A stretch of 64,000 bases of DNA, taken from the NCBI GenBank assembly GCA_951406725.2, contig OX597814.1, positions 36,580,001-36,644,000 of the forward strand, read 5' to 3'. Made by a program: the position numbers and the translations under genes. Below are positions 24,968-38,636 of this stretch, piece by piece. Each line of letters starts with the position of its first letter. Position 1 is the stretch's first letter. Under the pieces are notes generated by a model, which had not been told where the DNA came from, ran no database searches, and worked only from the letters and a program-made list of their open reading frames with translations. The stretch is from Octopus vulgaris (taxonomy: Eukaryota).

Positions 24968-25572
24968 AAGCATATATCCGTCCTCATACATATATACGAC
25001 CACACATACACTCATGAAATCACACATACGCACACAGATATAAACATACATACATATATACATGCATGTATGTATACATACATACGTACATACATACATA
25101 CATACATACATACATACATACATACATACATACATACATACATACATACATACATACATTATAAATACACATCCATAAAATCTGAGTTATTTATTGTAGC
25201 TGGCTATGTTTTTGCTTTGGTAAAGATTATCATTTTGTTGCAGAGCATTTGTTACAATAAAATTAATTCCATCTTATGGTAGTTTCTCTGTTCCATTTTC
25301 TTCAGCAATGTCAAAGCTTCATCTTCCTGAATCATATACTGCTTTTTGATCTTCTGTTATGGTTATGGACGTATCATTTTCATCTACGATAGAAATGATA
25401 CCCCTGCTATAGTTAGTTACCTAACGTCAAAGCATTAAGTTAGTGCGTACGAAACGAAATCAACGTCGTTATGAGAAGACATAACAGACAAGAACTAGAT
25501 TTCAAAAAGAAAAGAGAACAAAAGGAAGTCGTATTCATTAGCGACCCGACGGTTTCCATAAATTTTAATATT

Positions 25573-26077
<505 letters not shown>

Positions 26078-26326
26078 GGAAGCGCGTGGCTAAGTGGTTA
26101 GGGTGTCAGCATCATGATCGCAAGATTGTGGTTTCGGTTCCTGGACCTGGCGATGCGTTGTGTTCATGCGCAAAACACTTCATTTCACGTTACTCCAGTC
26201 CATTCAGCTGGCAAAAATGAGTAACGCTGCGATGGACTGGCGTCCCTTCCAGCTGGAGAACACATACGCCATAGAAACCGGAAAACCGGCCTCATGAGCC
26301 TGGCTAGCCTTTAAAAGGGCGCATTT
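26078..26326 (+). mobile_element. SINE family D copy
   Basis: Aligns along its length with 20574-20836. Confidence 0.9.
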
Positions 26327-26327
26327 A

Positions 26328-26386
<59 letters not shown>

Positions 26387-26389
26387 ATG

Positions 26390-26458
<69 letters not shown>

Positions 26459-28624
26459 TACATACAAATATATATATATACACAAACACACACGCATATA
26501 TATATATATACATACATATATACAGAGAGAGAGAGGGGGGTTTCTGATGAATATGTACCTACAGGAACACACGGACATCTATGTATACATTTTCCTTCTG
26601 TATGCCCAAAAGAGTTGATATGAAACCTTGTTTAGAGTATTCTTCTATTTTTTCCTTTCAAAATCATCACAATATAATGAGAATATTCTACAAAGTATTC
26701 AAGTATTCTTACTTGCATTACCCTAAGCAACATTTCCTGCAAAATTCTGTATTCTATATTCGTGCTGAATTCCGTCTCTGTTGAACATTATAGAAGATAA
26801 TACATAGTTATTTTTTGTTGGGACATATATTATCTAAGTCAGGAGAAATAATCAATAAAACCGACTCTTTTATTTTTATTGTTACAATCTACACTTGCGG
26901 CACATTCCATCTGTTCTTATTCTAAATGCTATTCAAAAGAAAGTATAATTCCTTCTGTGGACCAGTTTACTATTTCTTTGTTGTGAATTTTAATGTTTTC
27001 GTTGTGGGGTGTGTAAATACAACCACAGACACTCACCTTTCTTGCGTTGATATATATATATATATATATGCGTGTGTGTGTGTGTGCGAGAGTATTTAGG
27101 AAACAACATAGATGAGGAAATAACGGAAAAGTGAATTTGATATTTAAGCTTCACGCTGGCATAAGAGAAAAATATTTTAGGTGAGTTTTCGATTATAATT
27201 TCTGTTCGTAGATGTGAGTTTACAATAAAACAACCTTTTAGCAACAAGTAATACTTGCATGACTCGAAAACTAACAAAAAAGAAACAAAAAAAAAACGTA
27301 AAGAAGGAATAAAACACAAAACATAAAATACACACCTTTCGCCTTAATACTGATTTCACCCCTTTCTCTCCGTCTGATGTTGGTAATTCATTAAAGAATC
27401 CCTACTTCCTAATCAAAATTAAAATCACAAGCATGCGCTTAGACTCTAAAAGAATTGCTGCATTCATGAACATTTTCTCATACCAACTATCTGTACGCGC
27501 TATAAAATGCTAAGTATCTGGAAACTGGGTAAAAATCATCAAATCTTGAAAACAATCCATGTGAAATAGCATCATATTCCCTTAAGCACGGCCTCATATT
27601 TGAGAGGCTTTTCTTCTATACAATTAAGCAACATAGTCTTCTTTCTCAATCATAAGATGCATTTAGATAATTATACGCTGCCTAATAACATGACTGGCAA
27701 AATTTATACAAAATTATACCCCAGAATGACGCCATCGGCAGCAACATTCCTGCTACCATTGATATCTGAATGTTTACGATTCAGTCCGCCACTTTCCACT
27801 TACATAGAGAATACACAATACATGAAAAAATAAAGTTAAACACACAGATCATCGAGTCGACTAATTAATTACCCTGAATGAGGGTAATTAATCTAATAAA
27901 AAATTCTAGGCAAATATGCCTGGCAGACTAACACGATGCTCCATATAAAACCAGTCATATTATGTTACCATGTACTGTGTGATCAGAAAATTGATGGTTG
28001 TATGATATATCTCAAGCAATGAATCCATAGATGACATCTAGCCATCCAGCTGACTACTTGTATAAAAATTCTGCTTGATAAGAGCGGACCTTTGGCTCCA
28101 ACTATGATAAACATTTCACCTCATGCATTCCCCCTTTTTTCTGTCTTTTTCTCTCCGTCTGTTATAAAACCGAAACTTAAAGACTGATGACGCCATTCTA
28201 TCAACGTGTGGACGCTAGTTGCTCTCGTTCATACTTTAAATTTAAATTTCTATAATTTTGAATTTTTATCACCTCTTATTTTGAACTTGACAAAGACAGA
28301 TTTACTGTCGAAAATTCCTTCAACCATTAAAATACCTATTATAATCGAATCGCACACTTCGGCCAACCATGATAAACAACATTGAAATGATGACCGTCCA
28401 GACTTTATCAGTCCCTGTATACGTTCTCCTACAAGCTCGACTAACGATGCATTTTTCGAAGATATTTGTGATAGACAACAGAATTTGGTTAAGTATCAAA
28501 TTATAAATATGTTTTGTTATTTTATGTCTTTTAATAAATAAAACAAGGGAAGAACATTTGCAAATAGTTCATTTTTCTTTGCAACACCTTATCACAAACT
28601 TAATTTTATTTCTTTAATTCACAA

Positions 28625-28830
28625 GAGATCCTAACGCAGCTGTTCTATCAACTAGAAATAGCTACCAAATCTCTTTCAAATCACATCATGCCATTTTAAG
28701 CAAAGAAAGAAAATATGAGCACGTGTAGTTCTACATTTATGTCTCTAATAGAAGCTGTTATGATCATAAACGGAATGCTTTTGCTCAAATGTCTGCTCGA
28801 CTAGAGTTAACTTATGTCTAAACAATTGTA
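28625..28830 (+). repeat. Old interspersed repeat (ctagaaatagc..ccaaat motif family)
   Basis: Similar diverged segments at ~11950-12010 (-), ~29160-29210 (-), ~41710-41760 and ~61090-61130 (-). Confidence 0.45.
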
Positions 28831-30009
28831 ATGACTTAATTATATCTAAAAGATTTTATGTTCCTCTGAGCGTTTTCAGCTGTGATTATATGATTCATAT
28901 GACATTAGTTCAGGACGTAGCAACAACAGCAATACTTTCGTATCGTCTTGCCAGTATTACTATAATTATACAAATGTCAATAGTAAACCAGTTTTAGTGA
29001 CGCCATGTCCTTTGATTGAAGTATTTCTCTTGATTCAAAGTATCTCCAATAAAGCAAACATACGATATTACTCATTTCAGGAATGATTATCCTCTATCTT
29101 TTTCGGTTCAGACATCGTGTATCTGAGATCACATTATCCAATGTATTTTTAGATTATTAAAATTATGATTTAAGGAAAATTTGACTGGTACTTATAGCAA
29201 GTCGAGTAAATAAGTCGTGTCATCCTCATTTACTCAACACAGTGTGTGTGAATTTTAGTCTGTTGGGCTTAGGTAATAGAAAGTTATAATGCTGAAGTTC
29301 CTGCAGTTAGATTGATGCATTATTTCAGACAAGGTGGCTGCATTATAAGGCGCCTAATGAACAATTTGAAATATTTAGGGCCATTTACTATCCACCTTGT
29401 GAACATATAGTCTAAACTGTGAGTAAACAAGCCATCATACGAGTAAATACTTGAGCATAAATTACGAATATATGAATGTATTAGAATCTCGTTATGTCCT
29501 AAGAGAGGGAGAGAAATGATCAACAACAATATTACAGTTTCACACATCTTCATGCATCTTAGAGTTAATTCAAAATGCGTTTAGATGCGTTCGGAATATA
29601 GAAATATGTTCATAGACTGAGAGTGATAGTGGTCTAATAAGAACTGAAGGCCACAAATTAGAGAAAATAACATATGAATGCGAGGCTTCCAAATATATAT
29701 AGTATACAATTTCCTATACATTATTAAACACTAATCTGTTATTTACACTAAGAAAATATTTGAAGTTGCAGCGATTCCCAGAGGAAAGTACACGTAATTA
29801 AAGAAGCGCAGAATTTTATCACAAAAGCAATAAGAATTTAAAATATGAAATTATTGATAATATGAGCTCTCATTAATTTTTTAGACATAGTTTTTACCAC
29901 ATTAATATCAAAATTCATAAGATCTACAGTGTTTTACGTGGATGTACACATACATACACATATACATAAATGTGCGTGTGTGTATATTTATGTATAGAGT
30001 GTGTATACA

Positions 30010-30093
<84 letters not shown>

Positions 30094-30494
30094 ATTGAGT
30101 GCACAAGAAGGCACGACACGGTATTAAAGGTTCCTATCACTGGCCACCAAACCTCACATAGGCTAGCCTGCGGAATTCAAGCTACATTGTAGCAATTATA
30201 ACGCAGAAGACGTAACCGGTATATTAAGCTTTATAAAAACATATTTTTTCAGTAAAGCAACCTCCATTGTTACTTAATGCTATAAACCAGATGTCGCAAT
30301 ACAAGTGATCACCTCTTCAGCGTTTGTGAGAAAACTATCTCGGATTGGCTAGCGTGCAGAATTCGATCCACTTTATAATATTTAACGGTTTCAAATATTG
30401 GTACAGGGGCCAGCAGATTTGAGGCGAGTGAAGTCTATTATACTGACTTCAGTACTTGATTGTTATTCTATTGACCTCGAAAGGTTGAAAGACC

Positions 30495-30780
30495 TTTTCC
30501 ACTGTTCGGTGTGCTAGCCTATCTGAGATTTGATGGCCAGCGTCTAACCACGCTCGAAACCTTTACTTCTTGCATATTTCTTAATGCATGACATTCGCCA
30601 TCCTACCATATCTCCCGGTTTTATACTCTATCTGTGCTAGTTTTGGACATTCTGAAACTATGTGCAATTGTTTCTTCTCTTTCACCGCTCATCCTACACT
30701 TCCCGTCAGTATTTTCTTTTCTTTGTCAATAACTCTCCTGATGTTTCTCGTTCGCAAAACTTGCTTCTGTGAAGCAAATT
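30495..30780 (-). mobile_element. Old R4/Dong-like fragment (zinc-knuckle region)
   Basis: Minus strand reads KENTDGKCRMSGEREETIAHIVSECPKLAQIEYK, homologous to CRICGDGQETINHIISGCPVLAKKEY. Confidence 0.75.
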
Positions 30781-30787
30781 TAATTTC

Positions 30788-30899
30788 CTCTTCTTCTTCT
30801 TCTTCTTCTTCTTCTTCTTCTTCTTCTTCTTCTTCTTCTTCTTCTTCTTCTTCTTCTTCTTCTTCTTCTTCTTCTTCTTCTTCTTCTTCTTCTTCTTCT
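30788..30899. repeat. (TTC)n microsatellite
   Basis: Directly visible. Confidence 0.98.
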
Positions 30900-31230
30900 C
30901 CCGCCGCTCTCCTTCAATCGGGCAGGCAAGGCAGTTTTCTTTTGGCTGGTAGCTGTGGCGAAAGAGGTAGTTTGGTTGACAAGGCTAAAAGGCATGAGAA
31001 TAGATACGTGCCTCTTTGGTAGAGCTCTCATTAACCTGAAAAGGAAATTGAGATGGAGGTACTGTCCTCGAGTGAGTTTATTGAAAGGTGAATGAAAGTC
31101 GCAAAATGACAAGGTAGACTTACTTTCGAAATATCGTTCAACCCAAAAATATCTATTACAATCGAATCGCGCTCTTCATCTTGACTGTTTACGTTTGTGA
31201 AGAGTTACTTCAATTATTTAAAAAATATTA

Positions 31231-31283
<53 letters not shown>

Positions 31284-31285
31284 GA

Positions 31286-31838
31286 TTGAGAGATTAGTGC
31301 ATGCCATCAAAGTGACACTGGGGTAAAATATACGAAGCCCAGTATACCCAACATGACTACCCGTCTGATAAGGGTATACCAGGCACATGCATCACAACCA
31401 TATGTGTGCGACATGGTGATCTCATATCATGATAAACAGTGCATGACCTTGCAGGTGGCGCCCAGTTAGAATTTTCTTCTGGTCGAGTAGCCCATCTTAC
31501 TCAAAAGGTCCCTGAATAAAGATTGTTTAAGGATGTTGAAAGAACCACCCATGTTTCCACAGGTGAATCATCTAGACCTCCAAAAATTCCTTTCAGCATA
31601 CGGCCATGATGCACCTCCACTACTTCTGCTCGTGATCAGAGATGCACATATCGTCATCTACTAAGGGACACGCTCAACTGGTTAAGGTCAAACAACTGAC
31701 AAGGAAATCTGTGGATTGAGCAGAATGTTTGCTGTAGCCCATCTTTAATACCAAGACAAAACAATGTACATGATAACACTTCCAATCAGTTAAGATTAGA
31801 AGCCATGAGAGCCACTGTCTGGCACTGCATCAGGGCAT
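31286..31838. repeat. ~550 bp non-coding insert between (ATT)n arrays (probable non-autonomous retroelement)
   Basis: Sharp complexity and GC boundaries, ATT repeats on both sides, and adjacent to a Dong 3' end. Confidence 0.45.
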
Positions 31839-31861
31839 TTATTATTATTATTATTATTACT

Positions 31862-32543
31862 ATTCAGTAGTTTTATTTTTATTTTTATAGCGTGCTTTCA
31901 CTTCACTACCGAGCACAGCTCTGTGTGCCTTGGGTTTGTGCTGTGATTTGTTGTGATGCTCTGATGGTTATTGTATGGAAAGTGTTCTGCGTAGGATGTG
32001 TGCAGTGCCCAGTAGTGCAATTTTCTGTATGTTATATGTGTTTGTAAGTCCTGGTGTTTTTGTTATGTATTTGTCTGAATATTTTTTTATCATGCCTAAT
32101 GCACCTACTATGATAGGAATTGTTTCTGTTTTCAGATTCCACATTCTAGTTACCTCTATTTCCAGGTCTTTGTATTTTGAGAGTTTCTCCATTTCTTTTA
32201 GAGACACGTTGTCATCTGCCGGTACTGATACATCAATTAGAAAGCATTTTTTTTCTTCATGGTCTCTGACAACTATATCTGGTCTGTTGGCCTTAATTTC
32301 TCTATCTGTGTGTATCGGCATATCCCAGAGTATGGTTGCTTTCTCGTTTTCTGTGACCTTTTCTGGTGTGTGCCTATACCATCTTTTTTCTGTTGTTATT
32401 CCATAATGTTGGCATAGCTTCCAATGTATGTAAGTTCCAACTCTGTCATGTCTGTGAATATATTCCTTCTTAGCCAGGACTGGGCAGCTAGAGATAATAT
32501 GATTTATTGTTTCTTGTCCATCTCCACATATTCTGCAGTTACT
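31862..32543 (-). mobile_element. 5'-truncated copy of the same R4/Dong family as 661-3082
   Basis: Near-identical to 2410-3082 (RPDIVVRDHEEKKCFLIDV...ALLGTAHILRRTLSIQ* plus 3' UTR). (ATT)n on both sides. Confidence 0.95.
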
Positions 32544-32556
32544 ATTATTACTATAC

Positions 32557-32634
<78 letters not shown>

Positions 32635-32816
32635 GGCGGTGAGATGGCAGATTCATTAGCACGCTGAGCAAAATAATTAGTGGCATTTCGTCCGTCTTTA
32701 CGTTTGAGTTCAAATTCTGCCGACCTCGACTTTGCTTCTTCTTCTTCTTCTCCTCCTCCTCCTTCCCATCATCATCGTCATTATTATTATTATTATTATT
32801 GTTGTTGTTGTTGTTG

Positions 32817-32892
<76 letters not shown>
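32544..32892. repeat. (ATT)n arrays with an embedded SINE A head (~32633-32735)
   Basis: Visible repeats; aaggcggtgagatggcaga...gagttcaaattctgccga. Confidence 0.85.
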
Positions 32893-32895
<3 letters not shown>

Positions 32896-34299
32896 CTTAC
32901 GATTATCTTTAATTTTGTTATTTTCTTCATTCGATTACTTTCCGTAATGCTGTCGTTACTACTATCCTTAAAAATAATCATTATTATCATCATTGTGTGT
33001 TAATTTACCTCGTTCTACATTCATTCTATTCATATTACTATCTACTATTCTAATCATTTTCACTACTACATTCATCACCACCATTATTCTCATAATTTAT
33101 TTCCTGAATTATTTATTCACTCATTCATTCTGCAGTATTCAGCAATAATTTTTTAATTCGTTGTTTTGCATACATTTCTTGTTTTCATTTCCTATTCCGC
33201 AATCCTATTTTTACATTTTACACTCCTTTCTTAGAATTTTTATTATTTCATAAGCTTTTCAAAAGCTTCAACATCTTTCCAAAAGTTTTCACTGTTTTTC
33301 AGTATTTAAAAATTTTTCTGTTGAGGAAAGGTGTTCCAATGTTCAAACTGTCAGATTACTGTCAATATCCGCTGCGAGAAGGACTGGACATAGTGTCGCT
33401 AATGATGTACAAACATGTGTAATGGCAACAACAACTTTAGCATTTCACTGACGGTGAATAGGAGTGGTCACTGCCACCCAGACGTGTTTTTCCATAGCTT
33501 TCCCTTTGGCAGAGCTGCAATCCTCAAACAAAAGTTGACCGAGGCAAGGCGCCTGGCCTCTTAAATACTGCTAAGGAGCTCATAGCTTTCTGTCTGTCGG
33601 GTTAAGCTGTCGATGGATCCCGGACGACAGCGTACGCGAGGAATAACAGCGTATCAGTAGAAATCGACTGGCTGGTCTTTCCGGAGGACTTTCTAGTCGG
33701 GTACCATGAATAATTCCAGAAATCTCTGACCTAACGATGCTGCCGGAGAACATTGCTAGTCTGAGATAAACTCTATAGTCATTGCAGTCCAATAGTTGCG
33801 CCTCACTGAGAAGTGTGCAGTGGGACAAAACCGTATTCCATGCCCCCGTACAATGATTGGGCATTGTGGAGTTGTGGATATTAAGAAGTTATAAAATATG
33901 GGAAGGATCCAGCTATCAAGAAACTCCGATTATTTCGCATATTTGATCGTAGAGTGAAGAGAGTTTTCCTCTATCATATTGCTATATCGAAAGAGGTTGC
34001 GTGGTGGACGTGAGTAAAATTGTTGAATAGATATCTTCCTTTTCAGGCAAGCAGCTCATCGATTTTTCTACTTCCTTGTAAAAAGAAAGGTAGGATGGAT
34101 TTGGAAAGGGAGTGCCCCAAGGTAAATTTGTAAAATTGCAAGTGAATATGGCAAAAATGACCAAAACGAATGAAACTTCTCAAAGCATGTGTGTATAGCT
34201 TGTAAAATACTACTGGTAAGCAGGATTGCTCGTGACTCAGGATCTATGGAGATCCTTGTTGGTGTCTGGATGGTACTTTTCTCTATTGTCGAATTTTGT

Positions 34300-34589
34300 T
34301 GCTATAATTTTTTTGCTAGTTGTTACTACATTAATTTTTCGTGTTTATTGTTCTCTTTGTCATACGTTTTGTTGGAGCTCCAGGAGTCTTGTATGCGTAG
34401 CAGGCTTACTACCTGCAGCCTACGGTACCATGTTATTCATTCTTTTAAGCTACCTGGTACTTTCCTGATTATTCTTGCCGTGCTAAGGCGGCAAAAGTTT
34501 TGTAACAGTTCTACTGAGCATCTTATTCCAGTTTCTTTCATCTTCCTCTTGATGCCATCTGATACTGTTCCCAAGGTCCCAACAATAAT
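34300..34589 (-). mobile_element. R4/Dong-like LINE 3' end (different subfamily)
   Basis: Minus strand from 34589 reads IIVGTLGTVSDGIKRKMKETGIRCSVELLQNFCRLSTARIIRKVPGSLKE*, the REL C-terminus. The 3' UTR boundary is approximate. Confidence 0.75.
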
Positions 34590-34659
34590 TCACGAAAAGA
34601 AGGTGCCCCGTCGTTATCGCTGTCACCCGCGTCATCTAACGACGATGTCGTCTCGATGA

Positions 34660-35535
34660 TACCTGGTTGATCCTGCCAGTAGTCATATGCTTGTCGCAAA
34701 GCTTAAGCCATGCAAGTGTAAGTATATGCCGTAAACGAATGGTGAAACCGCGAATGGCTCAGGAACCGGACCTAATACTCGGGACGGTATTCCTCACCGC
34801 AAGGACAGTGGATAACTGTGACAATTCTAGAGCTAATACATGCACCCGAAGCCGCGATCGCTGGTCGCACCCGGGTGTTGGGCCTAAAAACGGCGTTCGG
34901 CAGCCGCCGCGTCTTCGCGGCGTCGCCGGCGCCCGCTCGGCCCGTCCAGGGCGGTGCACCCACACTCGCCCCTCCGGTCGCGACGATAAGGTCGGCCTTC
35001 CTCATTGGTTGCGGCGCAAATATTAGAGTGAGACCGACGCGTACGGACCGACGCAGCAGCCGCCGCGCTTCGCACGCGGGTCGAGGCGTGCGGCGGCTTC
35101 ACGTCCTTCGATTTTGGTGACTGTGGATAACTGTCAGTACGATCACACCGGCTAGTATCGACTAGCCTTCACCCGACGGATCCCCCGCGAGTCCGCCCTA
35201 TCGACAGTCGACGGCCCGGGAAGTGCCGACCGTTGCGGCAATGGGTAACGGGGAATCAGGGTTCGATTCTGGAGAGGGAGCATGCGAAACGGCTACCACA
35301 TCCAAGGAAGGCAGCAGGCGCGCAAATTACCCACTCCCGGCACGGGGGGGTAGTGACGAAAAATAACGAAGCGGGTCTGTCGAGGCCCCGCGATCGGAAT
35401 GAGTACTCTTGAAATCCGTTAACGAGGATCGACCGGAGGGCAAGTCTGGTGCCAGCAGCCGCAGTAATTCCAGCTGCGGTAGCGTATATTAAAATTGTTG
35501 CCTTTTAAAATCTCGTAGTCGTAATTCGGGTCTCG
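34660..35535 (+). pseudogene. 18S: Dispersed 5' fragment of 18S rRNA gene, preceded by ~70 bp of probable 5' ETS (34590-34659)
   Basis: Universal 18S motifs tacctggttgatcctgccagtagtcatatgcttgtc, aattctagagctaatacatgc, gggtaacggggaatcagggttcgatt, ggctaccacatccaaggaaggcagcaggcgcgcaaattaccca and gagggcaagtctggtgccagcagccgc. Ends abruptly into AT-rich DNA shortly after ctcgtagt. Confidence 0.95.
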
Positions 35536-36357
35536 AAAACGTGCCCCATTAATGATCATCATTATTATTTAATTTATTTTGTCTGGAAAATTATATTTTT
35601 GCTGGGCATCTTATTTGCCTTGTTCATTTTATTAACCCCTCAGGCAAAACGCCATGTCCATGTCAAGGCCAATCTTTTTAGAATATCAGTTCTTATATAA
35701 ACATTTAAATAGTTATGTATCTATTCAAGTTATACGCATCTGTGTATGAGAATTGGTGCAGGGCCTTATTTCTGTTCGTAATATAAAATTATTTGTTGTC
35801 CATGATGAATATCTTGCGCAAAGTTTCGCAAACATAAACTTCTCAAAATAATGTTAGCATGATGAAATTGTCCTCGCAGATAAAATTGTGCTTTTGTAGA
35901 CAGAGCAGATGCAATCAACTTTCATGAAGGAGATGAAGGAGAAGAAGAACGTTTGTGTAGGGTGGAAATAGTCAACAAAAGTAATGGCGAGAGGGAAGGA
36001 AAATAACATGTGATTCGTTAGTCTTATATTGAATGCTTTATTGACTTGTCGGTGAGTATACTACATCGACTCACAGCTTCTACAAAATTACATTATATTA
36101 GGAAAAATTTATCCTATGTTCTGAGAATTAAATTTTCAACTAAGATCATGCATTGATAAAATTTGTTATATTTGTGTATGCATGCGAGTCTACATGAGTG
36201 AGAGTCTGTATTATCGGCAGATAGTTGGCAAATCATATGGAGCCTGGCGAACACTCTTGTGTATTAGAAGTTTCAACACTTTGTGCTCCGATTTCAAATA
36301 TTACCGAGATCGACTTTGCCAGTTCTGTACTGAAATAAATTTCGTGTTTTTCTCTTA

Positions 36358-36420
<63 letters not shown>

Positions 36421-36425
36421 TCTTC
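36358..36425. repeat. (TC)n microsatellite
   Basis: Directly visible. Confidence 0.95.
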
Positions 36426-36568
36426 ACTCACTCCGGAAGAAATCATTTGTGCTCATTTATGGAGGCAGATGTATTTCACCCGGTCTAAAATTTATATAAA
36501 CGCACCGCATGTGACTCCATGAATAGGTTGACGTATACAATGAAAGGCCAGGCATATTTGTTTACATG

Positions 36569-36653
36569 TTTGTTTGCATGTATGTATGTATAACTAGGTA
36601 TTTATATATAGTCAATTCATATAAACAATCGATTCAAATAAACGAGTAATATT
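36569..36653. repeat. Left arm of an 85-bp inverted repeat (partner 39575-39659)
   Basis: Reverse complement matches 39575-39659 with one mismatch by eye. The ORF track shows NITRLFESIVYMN at both loci on opposite strands. Confidence 0.92.
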
Positions 36654-36654
36654 A

Positions 36655-37030
36655 ACGGACAACAAGAGGACATGTACAAGAAATGTATCAACTTGACGCT
36701 CGGTGAAAAGAGAGAGGGTTTGATGTTTCAAGCATAGCTCTTCTTCGAAAAGGAGAAAGGGGGAAAAAAGCCAAAAGAAGGAAAAGAAATCGCCAACTGC
36801 ACGTGTGTAAATACTAGTTATCAGTGTATATATAAGAAAGATTTCTGCATACACACACACATACACACACACACACACACACATGTAGTTGAAATTTACA
36901 GGAAAACAAAAGACGAAGACAAGTGCATGAACAACAAACTAGTGTATTAGTTTGATGCTTGGGAAAGTAAGAAAGTCTTTTACGTTTCGAGCCTATGCTC
37001 TTCAACAGAAAGGAATATGAAGTGAGGAGA
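36655..37030 (-). mobile_element. Two tandem hammerhead-bearing pLTR-like units separated by (CA)n
   Basis: Both contain gtttc(g/a)agc...gctcttc. The first shares gacgctc...gagggttt...aaatcgccaac with 8619-8830. Confidence 0.65.
36977..37012 (-). ncRNA. Minimal hammerhead motif, core variant CUGUUGA
   Basis: CUUU CUGUUGA A GAGC AUAG GCUC GAAA C GU A AAAG. Confidence 0.55.
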
Positions 37031-37064
37031 TAGAGAGAGAGAGAGATTAAAGATATTTATATAT

Positions 37065-37795
37065 CCCTATCATCGATTAAATCCGTTTTCCATGCTGGCA
37101 TGGGTTGGTCAGATTGAGCGGAGCTGTTAAGGATAGAGGCCGCACCAGGCTCCATTGTCTGTTCTAGCACGCTTTCTATGGTTAGATGCCTTTCCTAAAG
37201 CCAGCTATTACACAGAGTGTATTGGGTTCTGTTTATGTGGAACCACCGCAAATACTTTTAACGTGGCACCAGTACATGTACTTTTATGTGGCACCAGCAC
37301 CGATATCAATTCTGCTGACAGGCGGGTCTTGTTGAGTACAGCAGTGCGCTAGGTATCGGTCCTTAGTCATCTCCTTCATATGACACAGTCTCTTGTGATA
37401 CGCCTTCAGTATTTTGTCCCATGTTTTCCTGGGTCTTTCTCTTTCACAAGTTCCACCTACTTTAAGTGATCGGTGCTTTTGTATGCAACTGTCTACATCG
37501 ATACGCATCGTATGACAAAGCCAGTGCAGTCTTCCTTCTGGCACATTGTACCTAATTCCTCTCATGCCTAGCTTTTCTCCTCAAACCACTAGCACTCTGC
37601 CGCACATGTACACTTACATTGTACATCTAACGGAGTACACTTGTTTAATTCCCCTCTAGCTCTTGCATTTCTTCTGCATTCAGGGCCCACGTCTCACCTC
37701 TGTCATTGCTGTTCGTATACATGCATCTTACAATCTTCCTTTCACTCGGAGAGAGACCTTTCGTTTCCAACAAAGGTAAGACTCTTCTGGCCTTC
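37065..37795 (-). mobile_element. RTE-clade LINE 3' fragment
   Basis: GETWALN (YGSETW-like), RLHWLCHTMR...GTCERERPRKTW (RLRWxGH...GRGRPRKTW-like), and a 3' end ccagcatggaaaacgga. Confidence 0.8.
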
Positions 37796-38537
37796 TGAAT
37801 ATATAGATATGTGTGTGTGTTTGTGTGTTTGTGTGTTTGTATGTGTGTGTATGTGCGTACGCACACACACACACACATATATATAAATACACATATACAT
37901 ACATATATATAGATTATGTACTTACATATACATCCACGCACACACAAGCACACGTACACACGTACACTCACACACATATGAATATTACTGTAGGGAAAGT
38001 CGTCGTTTGTGTGTCTCTCACTGTTGCAAAATTGAAATCTTTTGTTCCTGTCCTGAAGTTTAAAAAACATCTTTCTCATAACATTGTCTATAGACTAACT
38101 AATCTTTACAAGTAAAACCAGTATGGTGCGAAGAACAGTCACATATGCTTTATAAATCCAGACGAAACTTATTAACAGAAATAAGATTTCGCATTGCTTC
38201 TCTGTAGGTAGCAGAGATATAGTCCCTTACAATCACACGAACTAATTAATTTAATGCCTTCTAAGAAAACTAAACGAAATAAGCATACGTGCGTGTGTGT
38301 GTGTGCATGTGCGCGTGCGTTCGTTTGTGTATGTGCGTGTGTATGTCTGTGTATGCGGTTGTATGCATGTATGGATATGTATGGATATAACTGAGTAAAT
38401 AGATTTTTTGTTTCCGTTGACAATATTTAATAATGCAATATTACTTTTTTGAGGTGGGCGCTGAGAATTGAGCATTGAATTGTATTGTTTTTATAAGCAT
38501 GGAGCTTGGAGCGTATATTTAGACATACATGCTTACA

Positions 38538-38538
38538 T

Positions 38539-38627
<89 letters not shown>

Positions 38628-38636
38628 TGTGTGTGT
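38538..38636. repeat. (TG)n microsatellite
   Basis: Directly visible. Confidence 0.97.

Noticed and set aside
27864-27892. 12-bp hairpin attaattaccct/agggtaattaat
   Set aside because: Short, AT-rich and without context to assign a function.
34667-35120. Arg/Ala/Pro-rich ORFs
   Set aside because: Shadow frames of the GC-rich 18S fragment.
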